DNA from: Tubulanus polymorphus
Taxonomy: Eukaryota; Animalia; Nemertea
DNA length: 64,000 nt
Assembly (NCBI RefSeq): GCF_964204645.1
Contig: NC_134028.1
Span: 9,114,001 to 9,178,000 of the forward strand
Direction of reading: 5' to 3'
Part shown: positions 11,781 through 27,860 of the stretch, piece after piece
How positions within the stretch are numbered: position 1 is the stretch's first letter
How the letters are laid out: each line of letters starts with the position of its first letter
Notes under the pieces: model-generated
What the model was told of the DNA's origin: nothing
What the model saw: only the letters and a program-made list of their open reading frames with translations
The model's database searches: none
Program-made: the position numbers and the translations under genes

Positions 11781-13548
11781 TATGCAGATAATTGGGCAAA
11801 CGTGAGAATTTATCATCATTAGACATGACATACATATTTGCAATTCATGTTTTTTTTCCATCTAAACTAACTTGATTACAAGATAGTATCATCACCTTGA
11901 TAATATCTTTCAAGTTGGGTCATCCGTGGAGAATATGACAAAAGTCGAAGGATGAGCTTCATTTCCGTAGCTCACATCGACACTTTTCGTGGATCAATCA
12001 TAGCAATTTGGCCGCTATCAAGCAGCCAGACCCTTCTCCCATAAATACACTACCGTGCTATATTTAGTACCAGGATTCAATTGAATAGCGTTAAATCACA
12101 GTAATTCGTGGCCTGTTTTTACCATTCAGTTTATTCTATTTGACGGTTTCATTGAGTACTTAGCCCTGGATACATTCATCAATGCGCTGTGCAGACCATT
12201 GAAATACTGATTTTTGAAACGCCGGAGTATTAAAACCATACGGCATGCTAACGAGGCCCCTTTGATTCTATTCGTATGCATATTAGATAATGGTTACAAA
12301 ATGAAATCTCTCATGTTCAGATAAGAAGCATAAGACACATTTCTGAAGCAGTTGCCGTTGCAGATGACCGTCAGTTAACGGAGTCCTGGATAGATTTCCG
12401 CGGTCGAATATTCGGATAGAAGCTTGACATTTAATTACGTATCTTTCGGAATAATCCCATTCACGTTATTGTGTTGCCTTACACACACACCGGCACGATT
12501 CCGCGTATAACGGTTTACACACTCATAAATAATGCATAACGTTTATTATGATGATTACTAGGGTACATACAGCCTCATTCTCCGAATAAAAGAATTTATT
12601 GTTCTTAACTATAAATAGTATAACGACTATTCGTGTATCAACATTAACTTAGTGTACATTAATTATCAAGCTGATTCGTCTCACAGTTCCTACGCGAGAG
12701 CAACTAGAGATAAGTCCCATGCATACGTCGACGCGCCTAAAGACGCGCGCTGCTCTCGTCGAGCATGCCATAAGATCCACAATTTATGTTACTAAGTCAC
12801 AGAAATATCACAGAAATGTCACAGGAAACCTCGTTAGATATACGATTTTCCGAGTGTGTAAAGGATTCACGAGCTTATCAAATCAATTAAGAGTTTTTTA
12901 TGGTCAAACCTTCGTCGCGAAGCACATTTAGTACGTTTTTAGTTTAAATTTCAACTGCTTCAATCTTAAGGACGATCACAAATTAGGTTGTTTAAAATCA
13001 AAATGGCCTGAAAATCAAAGCGCAATGTTTTGCAAAATACAATCCCTCTTAAGTAAAAATCATTTATATTCTATTAGTGACCACCATAGTTAGCCAGTAG
13101 TTCAATTCTACAAACTGGTTTATAAATGAACAAATTCACTCTAACAACTCGTACCCGAAATTAACAAAATGTTTCCCGTAAAGTAATACGGGTTTTCTAC
13201 TACTTCGCAGAAAACCTTTTTGTTATTCTCGTGATCATAATCTTTTATGATGCTGAAATGTATTCAATAATCGAGCATTCTAATGGATCTTATTAAAAAT
13301 TCAAATACTAAGCAGCTTAAGCGTAAGAACGTTTCAATTTCGAACCACTGAATATGAACCACTTATATGTTTTGATTCTTCGCCGTACGCCGGGGAATCT
13401 CTGTATCGCAGTGTATATTCAATTATAACATGTCGATTCCGACATCAAAGCAGGAAGCGAAGCGATTTGACTAAAAATTATTCATTTCTAGAATGGATTG
13501 AAGAAGTTATTATTGGGTAGGCATCCCTGTACGCTACCGATACGATGC

Positions 13549-13897
<349 letters not shown>

Positions 13898-15376
13898 ATA
13901 ATAGAGTTTATTGGCGGTCAGGTCGAATCCTTCGAGTATTTTCCTTTTAGTTAAATTAATTGTGGAGAGACGTCAAAGAAGTCGGAAATTGGTGATAATC
14001 GTTGAATGACACGGAACGATCTTTCGACCGATGTTGTCATCATCAGGTTTCAATGCCACAATAAATGCCAAATCGAATCAATTCATGTCCATTACTGTCA
14101 TTGAATGGTATCAATGTCAACGGTAGCAGAAGTCGTTTGATCGAGCGTTTGATAACAATCTACTCACTCTCTAACCTTTTACTATACACGGATTCAAAAT
14201 GGCGCTCCGCACGATGGCGTTACCGAACGTTATCCAGTCCGAGCGCTTCAACCTTATACAACCAGTTCATTCACTACATCCGGTTCAATTACCAAAAGTT
14301 TCAATATTATAATTTTCTATTAAGTTCTCTTCATTTCGAATATGCTATTGCGGCTGCACAGAAAACCCGTCATCTCTGCTTTGCGTTCCTTTGCGTTGCT
14401 TTGTGTTTATTACATTTTTCGGTTATATTTTACTTGATATTGAGGTTATTTCTATCTATCTCGAGTTTATATCTAGTGTAATCAAAGTTGGGAAATCTAT
14501 CCAAAAATTTTCACAATCTACAAGAGAACATTGATGAATTTGATGCTTCCAAACATGTATTCAGGGTTTCCCAGCTGAAATAGAAAATAAAAAAGGCCAA
14601 ACATTCATATTGTTATGTGACCACTGCTATAACTCTTAATTATGGATTAGAACCAAAATCGCCAAGAAACTATAAAAAGAAATAGCCGGACTATTTGGCG
14701 TTTTTTGCATGCATTTCTTGCGGCCTGATTTTACTACTGACAGCTCCACCTGCCCCATTCAGACGCTGTGCGTGAAGTGGTAAGCAGCTCTCTTCTTATC
14801 GCGTGTCTATCCATCTTCGAGCTCTTACTCCAGGGTAAAACTTCGCACGAACACAGGTGTATCTTAAACATCTCTACATTGCTATCGGATTTCATCACTT
14901 TAATCCTGGATTTATCATAACAATCCCCCACTCATCTCTTCGAAATAAGGTAAGCAATTAAGATTTAGTAATTAAAATTGTAGATCAATTAGTTATTAAC
15001 TAGATATATGCAATAAAGTGACAGTGATATTCAAAATGTCCCTCAACAATGGTAACAAACTAATACGTAACAAGTGGTGTGTCATTTTTACGTTAAATAG
15101 AAATAGAATGAATTCTTCTTCGTTTCCCATTAAGATTATAAGTGCAAGAACAAGATCTCATGATATTTATTGAGATCGAGCTCATTTTCAATAAATGAAC
15201 GAATATTGACGCGGATAAGGAAAACCAATATACGTATGGATCAAAACTTGTTAAAATCACTTAAAAGAATAGCGATTAAGGCAAATCCCTACTACAACCG
15301 GCTGCAGTAGGTTCCAGAGGGTTAGAGGGTTAGACTATGATAGCAAGCACCGGGGGAGAGGTTGCAGTATTAGCTG

Positions 15377-15485
<109 letters not shown>

Positions 15486-18400
15486 GAATATGATGATACA
15501 CGTAGAGAGTGGTAATTGTTTTCAGGATATTACACATGGTTCAACTCGTTACAAGTTATTAGCAGTTACACCTTTACGCGTATTAACTATATATATGTAA
15601 GTGTTCCGCCGAGTATAGTTTCCAATTACAGGTGGTAGCGGGAAATTTGCTTCGGTATAGACGCGCGCGGTACCGATGAAAAACGATTCGCTGTTTATGA
15701 GATCAATTTCGAAATTACGCGCAAAATTTATCCTGCAGGTGATAAATTGTGCGTGTGCAAATTTACATGATTCAACCTTATAGCAAGTTCGTAGTTAGTT
15801 TATACTGCAGCGGGCCGAATTTAGATAACGCACGCCCAAATAAGAAATCAATTTCATATCTTATTCGAAGATATCGGTTACAACGAATTCAATTTCCGAC
15901 GGTTGGATTTTCTCTGAACGTTTTGTATATTTTTGCTGTGGCTGAATAATCCTAAGTGACATACATATGGCTTTTACTATAGGAGCTCACAACCAGTATC
16001 TCTCAAGACTATTACAAATTCAGTTTGGTGACCTATATAGCAAAATAAGGAATATTCACGCCCAAGAAAATGGATGAATCAAGGTGAAAATGATGATCAG
16101 TTTGAAAAAGTTGAGGAGGGGAGTTTCTGAAATATTACCCCGCATGTTGCGGGATACACAGTGTTAGGTTCATTGATCCAGGGGATGAGAACATCATGTC
16201 TGTCTTCTTACAGCTACCCCGGTACAACTAAAAAACTTGTTTCATCTCCTCACACGTTTCTACCCGGCTACATCTTCATTTCTATCCATTCCTATATTCG
16301 CTTAACTTCGATCTCCGAGCGTCTGTAGGCGTTAGGAGATATATGATGGTAAACTTGAATTCTTTTTTAGAAAAAAAAACTTAATCGAAGATCTGATTTA
16401 AGTACAAATAGCTAAGCTGATGTGCAACAATCTCAGAAGCTTACTAAAACTATTTTGGGTTTCGACGGATATATTCGTTTTTATTAAACTATATTCCAAG
16501 GTTTAACCGATTAGTAACCTCCAAGACCTGGTTTCACAGTTGCTAGTTTAGGTTTCGAATCCTTGAGTAACCATATTGAAAATTTGAACAAATTTTAGAT
16601 TTGATCGAGAACTGTGAGACTGGCTCTAGTGTCTTTAACGAATAAAATTCGGTATATAAGTGGATTAAGCTAAATTCGAACAAGGATTTGAAAGATTAGC
16701 AGGGGCCTTCTATAGACACGGTGTTGCTTGCACATTTACCCGTGCCGCACTGAGGTGAGATATATCAGATATTCCTCACGGCTGCAAGATATTTACGAGC
16801 AGCGGAATATGTTTCTTTAGAAAATAATTTGGCTGATTGAAGATTAGTTCGATTTATACGAATACCACGTGTGTTAGGCCTGCATTGACTGATAGATTGT
16901 CAATATACTCGATATCTCTAAAATCGAATCTTTCGCGCGTGATATTTCAACACCAATTCTCCTAGGAGTCTCGTGTAAAATTATTTTTTTTTTGTAACGT
17001 TGTTCATTCCCGTAAGCAAATGGACTGTCTAGAGATAAAAAAAAATGTTTAACCATTCTAACCATATTTTTTATGGTTTAAAAGAAAGGAACTGACGTTA
17101 ACAGAGATTGTAAGTTATGCCAATGTGGAATTTTTGCAATTAGCACTAGAATGTACGGAGGCGTCCTGTTGTAATATTATTCTTTATTTTCCAGAGAGTA
17201 TCGAACAGAAAAAATAATCTTTATGATGTTTAACATTTCGTATTCATGGCGACCATTTTGTATCGAATAAAAAAAATGAAATCTGCCGAGACGCTTATGT
17301 GATATATCTTAAATTGAAACTCCAATTTGCATGTACCGTCTCAATGGGCTAAACTTTGGTGTTATGTATGTTGGTTTATCAGAACTCGAATGAAACCCTA
17401 ACATCTGCGATACATATTTGCGTAATTGAATTTCTTTCAATGAAAACCTTAAATATTGGCATCTTTACTTAAATGCCGTCAACCGATACGAATTTGGATT
17501 GCCACATTACATTTCGGTATCTGTTTATTCAACACTGCCTCCGAGGGTGGAATGACATTCATGATGATAACATAGCTGAAAAGCTGAAACATAGCAATAA
17601 CGGGTTTTCTGCACAGCTGCTAACCTTTGCATTCGAAAGGAGATGGGTCATAGAAATTGGAAATATGTTTGTGGGTAGGCATTTAGCTTAAAAAAAAAAC
17701 AAGGGTCTGGATATTCGTCTACCGATTTTTGATATGTTTCAAGTTCCTATTGCAAAGTTGGCAATAATATATTGATTGAGTATTTGTGAATTTTCTTTCT
17801 TTTTTGTGGGTAGCTAACCAAAACACCATCGCAATCTGCTTTGAAAAAGAACTTCCTACACTGGCTTCAACCGATTTAGGTCCAAAGGTGGTCATTATTC
17901 GTAAGTTTGTCTTTTAAGTTGATAGATTGGGTATGGAACTAAGTTGGCCTTAGACGTGTTTCAAGTTTAAGATACTAACCCGACTGAAATATTTCTATCC
18001 ACTCAGAACAATGCTACATTTCGAATGGGTGTCAGATTTTTAGTGTAAGTACGGTTGTACGCGCGGCGAATCTACGCATTCAAGACGGATTGTTATATTC
18101 TTATCAGCCTTTAGCATCGCGTTTAGTGGCAATTAGTAGTCGAATCCCAGACAGGATACGTATTTAATGAAGACCATTCGCACCCAGTACTCATGAAAGT
18201 CTGTTTGGATCGGTGTTTCCATTTCACATGTTTTGATGTTTTAAATTTCATCCCACATCGGGGCATTTATGGGGAGTAGTCTGTGGAAAAGAGTACTTCC
18301 TATGTTAATCAAAGTTAGAACGTTTTAATCGAAAGAAATGACGTTTTGATTGTAAAAAGCACCAGTTGCTTGTTAGGACAGCAAACAATAAACATTGATA

Positions 18401-21400
18401 ATGGCCGACTGCCAGGGATTCCTTTGTCTAGATTATTTTTGGCTCTTCCTTACTCGTTATTCGTCTGAGCAACGAACTAGAAAGACGCCCGTGACTCTAG
18501 AGGAATTTTACGAAACAGTCGGTCGTTTCTAAATGTGTTTAGTGGATTCACACTAGATGGCGAACTAGTCGCGAAGATAACATTGGCAGGGATATCTGGA
18601 TATTTACCGGAAGCGCGATAGTACAAAGTAAAAATGAAAATAGAAAAAACCCACGCCAAACCAAAAAACATTCTTGTTTTAATGAATGATTTATTTTCTC
18701 TCCCTCAATTTACACGTACATAATACACACATGCACATGAATATATTTCGAGAAAGGACATTTCCACGTGCACGACCAAACCTGATATATTGTTCTTTAA
18801 GATCTATGTTTTCCCCTACCGACCCACTTCTTCACGGGTCGTAGCGAATCGTCATTGTCAGAATTATTTCACCGACCGATACAAATTGTTCATATAGAAT
18901 AGCCACTATCTTACACTGGGATTCGAACCTATCGCATGTTGCCATGTATCGGACCAAGCATTTTCTGGTTGATTACATCAATTGTAAATGATTTTGTCTT
19001 ATTGGTCTTGCTCTTTTGGCGCCGCAATAATCATTACAAAAATGCATATAAACATTGATAACTACCACGCATTAGTTAAGGGGTACCGTGTTAGTAGATG
19101 TGCACCACGTCATCAATTTGGCGTTTCAAAATAACGATTTTATACATTTGTGAATTTTGCGACCATTTTTTAATCAAATACATTTCATGACTCTTATTTT
19201 CTATTTATTAAATTTGCATGTCTTTTTGATAATTGATTTTTAGTGGATGTGCCCTATACGTCATCATCGATATTATTGTGGCTAGCCTGGTCAGACTGGT
19301 TGCCGGCCAATTCAAGTGCTTATGGTTTGCTTATCGGGAACACGGGTATTACATTCTTTTGATATATACCCGAATTCTGCCCTCTCAAGTCTGTAGAACT
19401 TAACTCGTATTTTTCATGATAAACCATCATTTCTACAATATCTAGGGAAATATGGAATTAGGATTTACGACAGGATATTACATTAATTTATATCAAAAGT
19501 AGAGGGATTCTATAATGGTTGTATTGATACATGTATATAAAGTATGGACTATTTCTGTCGCGCTAAATCTGAATTTGCGGAGTGATTCGTATATCTAACA
19601 CAGTCCGAACCGTAATTAACAACTGATTCATCCGAAGACCTTCGCGTATAGCGTTTGATCATGTTCCGTCAGTTTACGGTATTAACAGGTGACTGTAAAA
19701 GGCATCCTCTCTCCACTCTCTCCTTCTGTTCCGTGTGTCTTAATTACTAGTTCCGTGAAATTTCATACCAATTATTGTGAGAAATACTGTATCGCGCGTA
19801 CTTACTGCCCCTGAGATTTAACAACTGCACTTTGTGTGGGATATGATAACATTGTATATGTATATGGAATACAAGCTACGGGTTCTGCGTTGCGAAATCA
19901 ACCGAACAAAGTACGATTTTGAACTCAATACGTCGTGTCAAAAATTCATGAATTTTCGGTCGTATGCACTAAAAATTCATAGTCTTTATCGATTTTGGGC
20001 ATGTTTTTGGACATGTCCAAAAACACCGTACATGTCAGCAAAATTTAGAAACACCGACATAACATAGAAATACAGAGGCGGATATAAGAAGATTGGAAGG
20101 CCGGGGCCAGATGAAAAGAAAAGGCATTTCCCGGTTAATGCAGCCATGTCAAAGGCCACTAGCGGGGAACCTTCATCAAGGGTTAGATATTTTTGAAGAA
20201 ATCCATTCTAAAAGATGCAATTTTTGAAGGGATGAACGTCAGATAATAAGTTCCTACAATAAACTGTCTTGGCAAAAAGAGCGACCTCGATGCAAAGGCA
20301 GGGGTCCGGACCACCTAGACCACCCCCTAAATCCACCCCGGAAATATCGACAGCACGCACGAAATGAGTCGGACGCGTCAACAACATACACGTCACGAAT
20401 CCAAAGACACGCTAACAGCACATACACGGCGGAAAAATAAAGCCACGTCAACAAAACCGACACATCGACAGCACATCCACTCGTCGACAACATGTATACA
20501 CGTGTGCTAAACAGACACGTCGACAACAACGTAGACAAGCCAACTCTTCAAAACTTCATTCCAGTGTAGTTCTTGAACAAAACATAATATGTAAAGCAGT
20601 ATGGTAACGATAGTTTCTCCAGGTATTCGCACACCACGCATACTTTTTGAGCTCAATCGTTGCTCACAGACAGGCCTCCCGTAAGAATAGCACTTCTTTT
20701 CAGGACCAGTGTCAGCGACCGATCAAACGAAACAACGATATCATAATTGTAGCTTCAAACTCGGGTTTGTTTCTTCAAGAATAGAAATATCGACACATAT
20801 TTTGCGTTCATCTCTCCGCGAGCGTATGTAGAAAGTCCCTGATTATTGGTTACTTTTTAGTTCACGTTTGATGTATCGTTTGAACCCAGTTTCGAGCAGA
20901 TTTATGTTAATCTGATGTTTGTTCTGTTGCTTGTTTTCCATGTGTCGGGATCGGGATACATGATGTACCAGTGACTTTTTTCTCAAAGAAAGTCACTATA
21001 CGGCATTTGGGGTTTTTAAGACCGACTCATATTTGCTGAATATCAAAGCTGAATATCAGACCACTGTTCGATGTTGGATTTAACGATGCCAAACTCAAGT
21101 GCATTATCCCCTCTTTTCAAAGCGCAGGGTTTAGTAGAAGTGAAAAATACTCGCTCGGCTGCGGGATAATGTTTCCTGATAAGCCACGTAAAGATGTTTC
21201 TAACGTATACGTATTCTCCCGGGTAGCATCAATACACGTAAAAAAGATTTCCCACCACGAGCGAAGTTACTCTCTCCTCTCTTATCACCTCCTTCTTTTT
21301 CATGTCCACTGTCTTCTCCTTTTTCTCGTTCCCAACTCCCCCCTCTTGAATTCTAACGGATCGATCATTCAATCAGAGTTGAATCACTCGACTCCACATT

Positions 21401-24400
21401 TATTTTCCCTCCGCTGCCGTTTCCTCACCCACTGTACCCTCATCCCCTTTCGCAGGCGCGGATCCAGACGGTAGCGCTGTAGGCACGAGCTACCGTCGCC
21501 AAAATATCGCGCCTTTTTCAATTTTCCAAGAAAAAATGGCACTTCTTTGAGTCGTCCCTATCAATCCCAATTGTAGAAAAGCCGGCATATTTTTACAAGA
21601 GAGCCAGAATATTATGATGATCTTAAACAAAAAGACAAAATCAGTCATTCAATCGATACCGAAGAAAAAACAAGAAAGGGCATTCTTATTTGTCTAGATA
21701 GTCATCTTCAGGAATACTGATGTTGTCAACCACGATCAACTCCGATCCCAACAGTGCCGTCTCCTTCCGCCGCTATATGCCTTCCCTGTTTTCCAAGTAT
21801 CTTCTCCTATTCACTTCTCCACAGCTCACACAGGTTATATTGACGAGGCCGACTTACAATCAGAGTTGCTAATCCTGTGTGCGTAATATACCCACACGGC
21901 GAGATCTGACAGAAATAGAAACCGATGTCAGGAGTTGGGGAGTTTGCGCGCACTGACTGTAAACGATATAGACGGACACTATGAAATAAACACAATCAAT
22001 AATGATAAAACAACGCACGTAAAAATGTAATTGCATAGAACATCGCTTATCATGTCAATATTCTAGCCGATTATGTCAGGTTTGAAGCTCTGGATTTTGA
22101 AACAGATTGATTTAAGGTTGGGATATAGGCACCACCAGATGGCGCAACAAACACTGGGTCATTCGTAGTGGTTAATTTTCGATGCAATTTCAACTCGATT
22201 TTTAGACTACTAAATATGAAAATTATCAGACAGATCATGTATGAAATATCTGCCTTTGTCACTTAGTCTTTGGTAGAGATTTCACTAAAAATTAATTTAC
22301 TAGTGAGACAAATAGATTAGAATTTAATTGAAATGTATACAAGGAAATTGAAGCGCGGTAACCCAGTGCCACTAGCGATCCAGGTGAATTATTGCTGAAT
22401 CCTCGCTTCTTATTAGCGTTACCGGTCCATTGATATTGGGGGAGAGATTATGCATGGTTCAATATCTTACAGCGGAGAATTTCGAAATTAACTAACTATA
22501 ATAACATTTACTTATTCTTGGCCATGTAATATCAAATCTCTATTGAATGCAATACTCTCGTTTACAAGTCGGTTCCGAAAGAAGCGTCCGTTGTATAATA
22601 AGAATCCGCTAACAGTCGGCGACGCTGTGGACGCAGATCTTCATGTAAGAAGCGTTATACCTCGAGGGCAGTGATAGGTTAATAAAAGTTAATTAGCCGA
22701 TGATCTATTTTAGATCTACGAGTTAAGATTAAGAAGAGATCGGTGTTGTGCATAGATGATCGTTCACATCCGGCGTGTTAACAAACACATTCCGATCGAA
22801 CATAAAAAAGGAACGTTTATGAAAAAAAATACCGCGAATAAAAGTCGATCAGGTTTAAGATTGAGATTTAGATGACGAATAGTAAAAGAAATAGAACACT
22901 GGTACGTTGTCGCTATTAGGGAAAGCGCGACGACCAAACAGCCTGATACCGTAAGGGCACATGCCCTACTTTATGACATAAGAAATAGATAAATTTATAG
23001 ATAGATAAATTCATTCAAGGATCGATGCATCCTCACATTGGGAAAAAAAGATATATTAGATAATTATAAATACAACAATTTTTGATTGATTACGTATTAG
23101 TTGAAAATGTACATATTTGAGACGGACGCCCCCAAAGCCCTAAGAGCTGTTCGTTGAGGGGATGCCCTCTATAAAGATAGTTACAATAACGATCATATAA
23201 ATATAGTAACATGAATCCTTTCGATGTTATGATGATATGATAAACTCCAGAACTGCAAGATTATTACATACGTTCTGTAGCTTAGTTATCTTTTTTGCAA
23301 GATTATCTTTTTATCCAAAAAAATCATGGCCAATAAATTCTGGTACCACTGGCAAAATAAAAAAACGTTTAAGAGCATTTGATGATAAGTATATTTTGAC
23401 TCATTGACTACTATTCTGGATATAACGTTTTTACTCGCATTCACCTAGAAAAAGCTGCCGAACACGATTGGCTTTCTATTTCCTAATGAGGTCTAAGATC
23501 GATTTTCGTAAGGATTCTCTGAATAAGAAGCGCGATAGAACGGTCAATAGATATGACGGCGCTTACGTCAGTGTCAATCAAAACAATTTTTGATATCGGA
23601 TTTGATTAGATCCCAACGGACTCGATTACGCTCTCCCTCTCTCATACGCACATCGCATAATAGATGATATTTGCGGATACGGTCCCTGCGAAGTGTTTAC
23701 CTGGTATCAGGCGTGTATAAACTCGGCTTCTGGTGGAAGATTGAATGTAAATACTGAATCAGTTACTGGTGGTGGAAGTCTCTCTCACTCACTCTCTCTC
23801 TCTCTCCATCTCTACGACCTAGGCCTGGTTTTTCATCATATCTCACACAAACAACTAAATAAAGGTAAGCCAATTGTGGATCATTCATTTTATTGGAATG
23901 TTTTCTTTTTGTAATGTTTTTTGACGTTTAGTTCTGCTTATATCATTGCAAATACGATACCGTCATAAATCAGTGTAACACGTATCATACGTAATACTAT
24001 TGTTTACTATTCTCCTAAAAACATAACGACGGATAGACGGATGTATTCTCAGTGTAGCAGATGACGAACTATATCCCACAATTTATAAACTTAAGAAATC
24101 ATGTGGGGTCGTTTATCGGCGTCGGAAATCCGATTCCGCACGAAATCTTATTCATATTCTAAACTTATGTATAGTTGATTAGTAATAACACGGAATTACC
24201 AAATCTCCTTCACACTAAGACGGCGGTTTTCAATGATCACCAGACTTATAGACTTATCGATGAAATAAGTAGTTTTTAAAAAAGAGTAGACTTTTTTCAA
24301 TTTCCAAAACAATGCAGTACCTAGCAACTCTGATAGAGAATTCGCCATTTTATTACCAAAATATATTGTAAATTGTACCAACTATCATCGCTGATGGAAG

Positions 24401-24583
24401 CATAAGTATGGGCGTACAAACAATACGTATAACAACCCTATAGTTATATGTCCGTGATGGAAGTCAAATGTAGTTATATTGAAGTAAAGACTTGTCTCAT
24501 GATGACCGATTTCTTTCAGAATTAACAGTGCAATTCACTATAGAGTCACAATCCGTTCCAATGTAGGTGTCAAATGAGTCCGT

Positions 24584-24832
24584 AGCTGTTTCACACAGGT
24601 CAAATTTATGGTACGACCAAAGACAGGTCGGACCAGGGCCAAAGTTAGCACGGTTCAAATTATTGCTAATTGATTTGTTCTGGAAGTGACCCATCTCGCT
24701 TGGCACAGTATCGTTTTGATAGAATTTTAGTGACGAGTGAGGGATATACTTGTAGATGTGCTCAGCGATCAGGCAAATGCCAAATTTGACTCGGATCTGG
24801 TCCGGGCCAATTTAACCAAAGCGTGATCACGC
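24584..24832. mobile_element. Degenerate PIF/Harbinger-like MITE related to 31370-31671
   Basis: Shares GCCAAATTTGACTC and GGGCCAA internal repeats and a TGATCRCG-type terminus with the 31.4-kb element. Confidence 0.4.
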
Positions 24833-25699
24833 ACGTGATCACTTGATCGAACCCGTCTTCGTCAGCGAGTGGGATAGGTCTTTTCAGTTGTAGACCACGG
24901 GAAACCGTCGTACCAATTTAGTATCTCACTCAGTGTAATGCCTTAAAGCAATCAGCGATATCATTGTGTGAGATAGAAAAATCATATTACAGAGTGTAAT
25001 ACCTCACTAGCACCACAGGTTACGTTAGGTTCATTAACTATAACTCAATTCATATCTTACTGACGTCAATATGCAGTCCACGCGAACCCGATATTAACGC
25101 GATCATCGGATCGGAGTATCATCCGTTGATGCCGTAACTTCTTTTTAGAAATGACTTTCTTCATAATCGTGTTTTGTACGTTTTGCTACCTATTCGAGAA
25201 TCGGCTAATGACGGACGGGAAACGTTGCATGAATTAGACTTAATTAGGTTGTCACGCGTCGCGTGCTATAAGTGTTTCAAGTTATCTCTCACACTCGTAC
25301 TGGATTTTTCTTGGCAGGATTACGTGACAATCAAAATGTCATTTTTCAGCGTTTACCTTTCGTAGGATCATTCGTTCGTTCTTTCGTTCGTTCGTATCGC
25401 CTATCGTCTATCTTATGGCAAACGATTGATACAGTAATGACAAAAATCTAATCGCTGGTATAGTTGCTACCGGTGGAATTGGTTCGCCACCTTGTCAATA
25501 TTGCTTTACTCGAGTTAGGCATCAGTTCGGTGATTTCACCGCGCAATTGTGACGCCAATTATTTTTTCTCTGCCGTTCTCTGCAGTATTCGTTCTTTCTG
25601 TTGGCTTTAATTTGTCTGTGTAACCAATTGATAGGTTGTAGATTTATTTCACCTCTGGGCCCATGTTTTCAATATCTCAATATCTCATGATATCAATGA

Positions 25700-26060
25700 T
25701 AGTAATAACAAAAAGCGCTTTACATAAAAGAAATCTCAAAAGCTCTACAATATATGTATTGTAGGGACTAATCATAAAACTCTTTGAATAAAAATGTTTT
25801 TAAAAGACTCCACTGATGGTCGGTTACGGAAGTGTATTGGATAATTATTCCACAAACGAGGCGCTGAGACAGATTTAGGTCATGGACCATAGAAGTCAGT
25901 TCGATGTAGTGGTTCAACAAGGCGGATTTCAGATGATTGTCTCGTAACTCAAAATTTCGAATATATAGTTTAGTAAAATAGGCTGGTGTCTGATGAACAA
26001 ATCCTTAGAGTAAAAACGATGATTTTGTGGCGTTTATTCATAGACCAAGGTCTATGTATG
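25700..26060 (-). mobile_element. CR1/L2-type LINE 3' remnant (ORF2 C-terminus and tail)
   Basis: Minus-strand translation gives degenerate pieces ...HKIIVFT..., ...LVEPLHRTDFYG..., SVSAPRLWNNYP and ...SVESFK. These resemble the LINE ORF2 end RAFSVAAPRLWNSLP...FK..LKT.LF. Confidence 0.7.
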
Positions 26061-27693
26061 GGTTGCCTTTGGGCGGCTGTGGGTTTGGTTTTACTTTAAC
26101 CTCATTGTCTAGCGTGCGAGTTTAATCTGTCTCGACCTAGTACTGATCTTAGTACACAGTCCATTCAGATATGGGCTCAATTTGAGAAGGCGCCCGGTTC
26201 CGCTCGGGGTATACCACGATCATGGGCTTCGTAACAAAGTTGCAGGATTGATCTGGTTCTGAACCTGGTTCCATAACCAGATTTCATCAATTGTCGCAGG
26301 TGTCAAGAAGTTTCCAAGTTGCGGGTTAATGTTTACTGTACTATTGAAATACATTTAATCGTTACATTCATACCATACCTATGCGTCATCACGAAGAAAT
26401 CAAGAACTCATAAAAAACGTTGAATTTTGTTAGATCGAAGTTAACCGTTAAAAATTATATGCACGTACGCGAGGTGCTTATTTTCTGCAGTTGGAAAAAA
26501 CTACAACTTGAAAAATTTAAGGTTATGCGCACCTAAGAATAAAATTCAGGCAGTTTAAATGTAGTGGTTTGCGCGGTGTTTTACTAGTTAAGCGGATTCA
26601 GGCGATAGCACCGATACGGATAACTGATACTTCTAACAACCTCACAAGATAATCGAAATAGCGTATACCACCAACGTACGCCATTACCGCTCTCCCTCGG
26701 TAACATTTCCTTCGCGTTAAACCGTAAATATATTCCAGAAAACCTTGGAATTCGACAGTAACTGAAATATTAGCTAAACATCTTTATTCGTATAGCGCGT
26801 AAAGCGCGGCGCATGTAAGCGTGAACCGAGTACAAAGCATCGAAATATGTTACCGGGAATATCATCCGAAAGCTATTTTCGGATGAAAGCAACTTAAAGG
26901 AAAATGATTCATTATGCAAAATCATCGTATATGAAGAAAGTTTTGCCGCGTATCATACGAATCCTTGCCTTAGCAAATAGATAGAGCAAAGAACTAAGTT
27001 TGAAGTACAGAAAAAAGAGCAAAATTTCAATGATTATATTCTAGTTACATATCTTTATGAAGTTCTAATTCAGCATCTTTTTTGAAAATGAACTCCACGC
27101 AACGTACAACGAAGTAGACCTAACAGCCGATATCCTCGAGAGTATATCTTCATACTTCGACGTAAAAAGCTTGATGATGCCAATGCGTTGTCCAGCAATA
27201 CTTTCACCTCGTTTTTTTCATGATATCTTTTGTTATCATGCTTTTTTCTATAGATAGTCAGGTGGCTTAGCAACAATTTTCAGGTTTAAAGTTATTACCG
27301 GCTGGACAAAAGTACCTACTGAAAAGCAACATGTCTTGACCATCTATTCCAGTGACCCTGGAGATCTCTGAATTGGCGGCACCTTATTCGTTCATTTTCG
27401 ATTTTTAAAGCCAGATACATGAAATTTCATCCACGGTCGAAAAGAAACTCTACGCCAAATTTGGGGTTTTTTGTTCAATATAGAAGTTTCCGGTTTCTAG
27501 GCGCCATTTTGTGGCGGTCCCTCGAGGTCTCCATTGTTGCGATAATTTGCACTCATTTTTAAAACATAAGTTAAGGTTGAATATCATATAGTTCAGCAGC
27601 CCCTTGCGCGATGAACTTAAGTTATACAGCATTTTAAAGGAAATGAAATGCAGATATTATAGGTTACGTTGGATTTCCTAAACCATCTAACTA

Positions 27694-27860
27694 CAGTCGA
27701 ACCTCGTTAATACGATTCTGTTTTTGAGACAAAATCCGTTTATTACGACGATTTCCAGCGTGTCCCAGCTGAGATACTTGTATCAATTTGAGATTTGGAT
27801 AATACGAAACGGTTTGATACGACAATTTGAATTTTACCCACATGATTCGAGGTTGCGCTG
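27694..27860. mobile_element. pogo/Tigger (Tc1/mariner) type MITE, ~167 bp
   Basis: TA-CAGTCGAACCTCG ... CGAGGTTGCGCTG-TA: imperfect TIRs flanked by a TA duplication. Confidence 0.7.
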